DNA of 64,000 bases. Source: Chitinophagaceae bacterium (GTDB lineage Bacteria > Bacteroidota > Bacteroidia > Chitinophagales > Chitinophagaceae). The notes beneath the pieces are model-generated. The model did not search any database. It saw nothing but the letters and a program-made list of their open reading frames with translations, and was not told the origin of the DNA. The stretch covers positions 66,231 to 130,230 of the forward strand of contig JAFMEV010000001.1 in NCBI GenBank assembly GCA_017856545.1, written 5' to 3'. Below are positions 59,752 through 64,000 of the stretch, one piece after another. The translations under genes and the position numbers were made by a program. Every line of letters starts with the position of its first letter. Within the stretch, counting starts at the first letter, position 1.

Positions 59752-61026
59752 TTAGGCTTGATTTGTCCAGGCATCTCTATCGTCTGGAGAGAATTTCCAT
59801 GGAGCAAAATTATTTTCAATATTACTAAACATGCCATTCCATTCAGATGGGGCATTACTTTCTTCCATAATTAAAGACCTTCTTAATTCAATGATAATGT
59901 CTAATGGAGAAATGCTCACTGGACATTCTTCCACACAGGCATTACAAGTGGTACAAGCTCTTAATTCTTCTACCGAAATATAATCGTGTAATAAAGATTT
60001 GCCATCTGCCTTCCAATTGGAATCTTTTTGAATTTGCATGCCAACTTCTTCTAGTCTATCTCGGGTCTTCATCATGATACTTCTAGGACTTAATAATTTT
60101 CCAGTAAGGTTAGCGGGACATGCAGCAGAACATCTACCACATTCTGTACAACTATAAGCATCCATTAAATTTTTCCAGCTTAAATCCATAACATCTTTTG
60201 CACCAAATTTATCAGGAGCTGCGGCACCCGCTGGAGCTAGTTCTGGTTGCATAGCATACAATACTTCATTTTGTACAGATTCCATATTATGCATTTTGCC
60301 CTTTGGTTCTAAAGAAGCATAGTAAGCATTTGGGAAAGCTAGAATAATATGTAAATGCTTTGAATAAGGCAAGTAATTCATGAAAGCATAAATGCCAAGG
60401 ATATGCAACCACCATGCTGTGTGTTCAATGGTAGCCAATTGATTTTCATTAAAACCATTGAATAGTGGTTTTAAATGTGCAGATAGAATGAAATGGGTTG
60501 AAGGGTCAGCAGCATTCATGGTTAAAAACAAACCCATTAAGACCACTTCAATAATTAAAATAATATTGGCATCAGATCTTGGCCAGCCATTCAAATCTTT
60601 ACTAATCAATCTTTTGATGGCCAAGAAATTTCTTCTAATAAAGAAAATGATTACGGCAAATAATACTAAACCTGCAAGTATTTCAAAACTATTGATGAGC
60701 CATGCGTAACAGTCTCCTAATAAGGGCGCAAAAGCTCTGTGCTTTCCAGTTAAGCCATCTACAATAATTTCTACAAGTTCAATATTGATAATTATAAATC
60801 CTACATAAACAAATAAATGCAAGATGGCTACCAATGGATTGCTAAACATCTTTTTTTGCCCAAAAGCAAGCAGGGCAACCTGCTTCCATCTTTCGGCAGT
60901 ATTTCCTGAAAAATCAGTTGGTTTTCCCAATAAAATATTTTTTCTAATGGCCCATAAATTCTTTCCAAATAAAAAGAAGGACCCTAATGTAATTAGACCA
61001 AAAATGATCTCAGCAATCCATGCCAT
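59752..61026 (-). CDS. Membrane (Fe-S)-binding oxidoreductase subunit (NarI/HdrE-like TM domain plus 2x 4Fe-4S)
   Basis: TM helices carrying His residues; CTECGRCSAACP and CTTCNACVEECP ferredoxin motifs. Confidence 0.88.
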   Translation of the reverse strand: MAWIAEIIFGLITLGSFFLFGKNLWAIRKNILLGKPTDFSGNTAERWKQVALLAFGQKKMFSNPLVAILHLFVYVGFIIINIELVEIIVDGLTGKHRAFAPLLGDCYAWLINSFEILAGLVLFAVIIFFIRRNFLAIKRLISKDLNGWPRSDANIILIIEVVLMGLFLTMNAADPSTHFILSAHLKPLFNGFNENQLATIEHTAWWLHILGIYAFMNYLPYSKHLHIILAFPNAYYASLEPKGKMHNMESVQNEVLYAMQPELAPAGAAAPDKFGAKDVMDLSWKNLMDAYSCTECGRCSAACPANLTGKLLSPRSIMMKTRDRLEEVGMQIQKDSNWKADGKSLLHDYISVEELRACTTCNACVEECPVSISPLDIIIELRRSLIMEESNAPSEWNGMFSNIENNFAPWKFSPDDRDAWTNQA

Positions 61027-61175
61027 AAGCTGTTTTTAATTGTAATGAACAACAATGACAAAATTAACCCATTTTAGCAAGCAATAAAGCCAAAATACCC
61101 TCAAATAATACACAACTTTAAAGGGAATTATTTAATTTGCCGCTATTACCAGTAAATGTCTATAAACCATAGAAT

Positions 61176-62903
61176 ATGAGTCCAGAAACAACACAGAAAA
61201 TTGCCACTTGGTTAAACGGAAATTATGATGAGGCAACTAAAAATACCATCAAGGATTTACAAAATTCCCATCCAACAGAATTAGAAGAGTCATTTTATAA
61301 GAATTTAGAATTCGGCACTGGTGGATTAAGAGGTATTATGGGTGTTGGGACCAATAGAATTAATAAATACACCATTGGAATGGCTACGCAGGGTTTTGCG
61401 AATTATTTATTAAAGACCTATCCTAATGAATCGATCAGTGTTGCCATTGGACATGATAGTCGTAATAATGCTAGATTTTTTGCAGAAACAACTGCGCAGG
61501 TATTTGCAGCGAACGGAATCCAAGTACATATTTTTGAAACCCTAAGACCAACTCCTGAATTAAGTTTTGCTATCAGACATTTGGGATGTAAAGCAGGGGT
61601 AGTTTGTACTGCATCTCATAATCCTAAAGAATACAATGGCTATAAAGCCTATTGGAATGACGGTGGTCAATTAGTGCCTCCCCATGATAAAAACGTTATC
61701 AAAGAAGTAGAAGCTATACAATCCGTAGATGATGTAAAATGGACTGGTGGAGATGCGAATATTCATTTGATGGGCACTTCAATGGATGATGCTTACATCA
61801 AGATGGTTAAATCTTTGAGTGTTTATCCTGAAGTGATTGCTGCACAAAAAGATTTAAAAATTGTATACACTCCAATTCATGGAACAGGGATTACGTTGGT
61901 TCCAAGAGTGTTGAGTGAGTTTGGCTTTACCAATGTAACGATAGTAGAAGAGCAGTCAAATCCAGACGGAAATTTTCCAACTGTTGGCTATCCCAATCCA
62001 GAAGAAAGCGAAACCATGGCGATTGGTTTAGCAAAAGCGAAAGCTTTGGATGCAGATATTTTACTAGGTACCGATCCAGATGCGGATAGAGTAGGTATTG
62101 GTGTAAAGAACCATAAAGGAGAATGGGTTTTAATGAATGGTAATCAAACCGCGGTGCTTGCTTTTGCTTATATGATGGAAGCTAGAAAGGCGAAAGGCAT
62201 TGCACAGCCCAATGATATGGTAATTACCACCATTGTAACTTCTGAGATGATTAATCAAGTAGCAAAACAGAACCAAGTGAATTGCTACAATGTTTTAACA
62301 GGTTTTAAATGGATCGCTGAATTGATCAAAGAAAAAGAAGCCAAAGAAAATTATATCATTGGTGGAGAAGAAAGTTTTGGTTTAATGATTGGAGACCAAA
62401 TTAGAGACAAGGATGCAGTAAGTGCAGTGGCATTACTTTGTGAAATGGCTGCCTATGAAAAGAGTAAGGGTAGAACCTTGTTTGATAAAATGATTGACTT
62501 ATATGTTCAATATGGTTTTTATTATGAGCATCTAATAAGCATCACTAAGAAAGGTATGAATGGTCAGCAAGAAATTGCAGCCATGATGGAAGGTTACAGA
62601 AAAAATCCTCCAGCGCAAATCAATGGAGTAAAAGTGGTTAGTCTATTAGACTATGAATTACAAAAGGGCACTAATTTAATTACTGGAGAAACTTGGGCTA
62701 TTCAGTTACCCAAAAGCAATGTATTGCAATTTATAACAGAAGATGGAAGTAAGATTTCTGCAAGACCTAGTGGAACAGAGCCAAAGATTAAGTTTTACTT
62801 TAGTGTGAATACTACACTTGATCATAAAGCCGCGTTTGATGAAAAATTCAATCAGTTGGAAGGTAAAATTCATGGCATCATAAAAAGTATGCAATTAAAT
62901 TAA
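61176..62903 (+). CDS. pgm: Phosphoglucomutase/phosphomannomutase
   Basis: FGTGGLRG, TASHNP (phospho-Ser), DPDADR, GGEESFG, RPSGTEPKIK. Confidence 0.93.
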   Translation: MSPETTQKIATWLNGNYDEATKNTIKDLQNSHPTELEESFYKNLEFGTGGLRGIMGVGTNRINKYTIGMATQGFANYLLKTYPNESISVAIGHDSRNNARFFAETTAQVFAANGIQVHIFETLRPTPELSFAIRHLGCKAGVVCTASHNPKEYNGYKAYWNDGGQLVPPHDKNVIKEVEAIQSVDDVKWTGGDANIHLMGTSMDDAYIKMVKSLSVYPEVIAAQKDLKIVYTPIHGTGITLVPRVLSEFGFTNVTIVEEQSNPDGNFPTVGYPNPEESETMAIGLAKAKALDADILLGTDPDADRVGIGVKNHKGEWVLMNGNQTAVLAFAYMMEARKAKGIAQPNDMVITTIVTSEMINQVAKQNQVNCYNVLTGFKWIAELIKEKEAKENYIIGGEESFGLMIGDQIRDKDAVSAVALLCEMAAYEKSKGRTLFDKMIDLYVQYGFYYEHLISITKKGMNGQQEIAAMMEGYRKNPPAQINGVKVVSLLDYELQKGTNLITGETWAIQLPKSNVLQFITEDGSKISARPSGTEPKIKFYFSVNTTLDHKAAFDEKFNQLEGKIHGIIKSMQLN

Positions 62904-62907
62904 TCGC

Positions 62908-63570
62908 ATGCGAAAATTAGAAGACGCCTACTTGCATAAAGGATTGAGAAACCAATTGGTTGGATTGCTAAAAGAAAAAGGCATTACAGATACTGCTGTA
63001 TTAGATGCAATAGGGTCCATTCCACGACATTTCTTTTTAGATTCTGCATTTGATAGAATTGCCTATGAAGACAGGGCGTTCCCAATTGCTGCAGACCAAA
63101 CTATTTCACAGCCTTATACAGTTGCTTATCAAACACAATTATTGGATATTCAACCAGGGGATAAAGTATTGGAAATAGGAACGGGTAGTATGTATCAAAC
63201 AACTGTATTGGCACAAATGGGCGCAACCGTATTTACAATTGAAAGACAGAAACAATTATTTGATCAAACAGCTAAGTATATTTTTAGAGAACAATATCCC
63301 ACCATTTATTTTCATTTTGGTGATGGATTTGAAGGTTTGCCAGAATTTGCTCCCTTTGATAAAATTTTAATTACTGCAGCAGCACCTGCTGTTCCTGAAA
63401 AGTTATGGCAACAACTGAAAACAGGAGGTAAGATGGTGATTCCTTTGGACGAATCAGATGCTACACAAAGGATGTTAAGACTAACAAAGAAAAGGGATGG
63501 AAAAGAAAAAAGAGAATCCTTTGATGAATTCTCTTTTGTTCCAATGCTGGAAGGTAAGACCCAGAAATAA
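62908..63570 (+). CDS. pcm: Protein-L-isoaspartate O-methyltransferase
   Basis: PRH.FL, AYED...PI...QTISQPYTVA, VLEIGTGS.YQ, GDG..G.PE.APFD.I..TAAAP, FVPML. Confidence 0.95.
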   Translation: MRKLEDAYLHKGLRNQLVGLLKEKGITDTAVLDAIGSIPRHFFLDSAFDRIAYEDRAFPIAADQTISQPYTVAYQTQLLDIQPGDKVLEIGTGSMYQTTVLAQMGATVFTIERQKQLFDQTAKYIFREQYPTIYFHFGDGFEGLPEFAPFDKILITAAAPAVPEKLWQQLKTGGKMVIPLDESDATQRMLRLTKKRDGKEKRESFDEFSFVPMLEGKTQK

Positions 63571-63999
63571 TTACTGAGGGATTTGATCCATGCCGCCTCC
63601 GCCTTCTTGCATTTTATTACTTTTTCTTCTTAATAGGTTCACATCAAATTTACCAAATCGATAAGAGAAGTTCAATCTAAAAAATTGTTGGTCTCTGATT
63701 CTTGATACATTTTGAACAAAATACAAACTCTCTGAATAAGTTTGAATCATTCTTGTTTTAAATACGTCACTTACACTTAAAGTAAGCGATGCGGTTTTCC
63801 CATCCTTCAAACTCCAATCTTTTCTGAGGGCCATATCAAATTCATAATTGGGGAAATTAAACCCTTGAGCAGTTGATTGTGGTCCACCGAATCCACCTCC
63901 ACCGCCTCCACCAAATCCGCCACCTCTTCCACCGCCTCCGCCACCAGAGTTTCCACCAGGAGGTAGGATGGTTTTAGCTTGATATTGTCCACTAAATTG
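63571..63999 (-). CDS. C-terminus of an outer-membrane beta-barrel / TonB-receptor-like protein (5' part outside the window)
   Basis: Frame open to the window edge: QFSGQYQAKTILPP-(Gly-rich)-PQSTAQG...DMALRKD..LSVSDVFKT...RLNFSYRFGK. Confidence 0.8.
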   Translation of the reverse strand, partial: QFSGQYQAKTILPPGGNSGGGGGGRGGGFGGGGGGGFGGPQSTAQGFNFPNYEFDMALRKDWSLKDGKTASLTLSVSDVFKTRMIQTYSESLYFVQNVSRIRDQQFFRLNFSYRFGKFDVNLLRRKSNKMQEGGGGMDQIPQ

Positions 64000-64000
64000 A

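Noticed and set aside
11339-59855. Longer ORF-track starts (13747, 13704, 15603, 28453, 33953, 56777, 59855)
   Set aside because: They overlap neighbouring genes or promoter boxes; downstream ATGs give proper signal peptides or family N-termini
1-64000. tRNA/rRNA genes, prophage, integrase or defence islands
   Set aside because: None recognised; the intergenic gaps are short and explained by promoters, terminators, attenuators and ffs

Overview
AT-rich, densely packed core-chromosome segment of a Bacteroidota genome. Gene content, TAnnTTTG-type promoters and Gln-after-signal-peptide proteins suggest a Chitinophagaceae-like organism; this is inference. About 55 CDS are present: tRNA/RNA enzymes (cca, miaA, proS, truB, TrmH), envelope biogenesis (TamL-like, LolE-like, T9SS plug-like, kdsA), parAB-dapB, aconitase, glmS, mgtE, a split FadF-like Fe-S oxidoreductase, pgm and pcm. 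The SRP RNA (ffs) is also here. I found no tRNA, rRNA, CRISPR array, transposase or prophage. The most notable structure is a ~15.5 kb his/trp superoperon. A complete trp operon with its own WWW leader-peptide attenuator sits inside the his operon, which has its own HHHH leader attenuator, so hisH-A-F-IE lie directly behind trpA. A secreted PQQ-type sugar dehydrogenase plus cytochrome c cassette is also inserted between hisC and hisB. A second highlight is a lipoprotein with an FGGW-repeat low-complexity domain, co-oriented with a FadL-like barrel. All family calls come from motif recognition by eye; no database searches were run.
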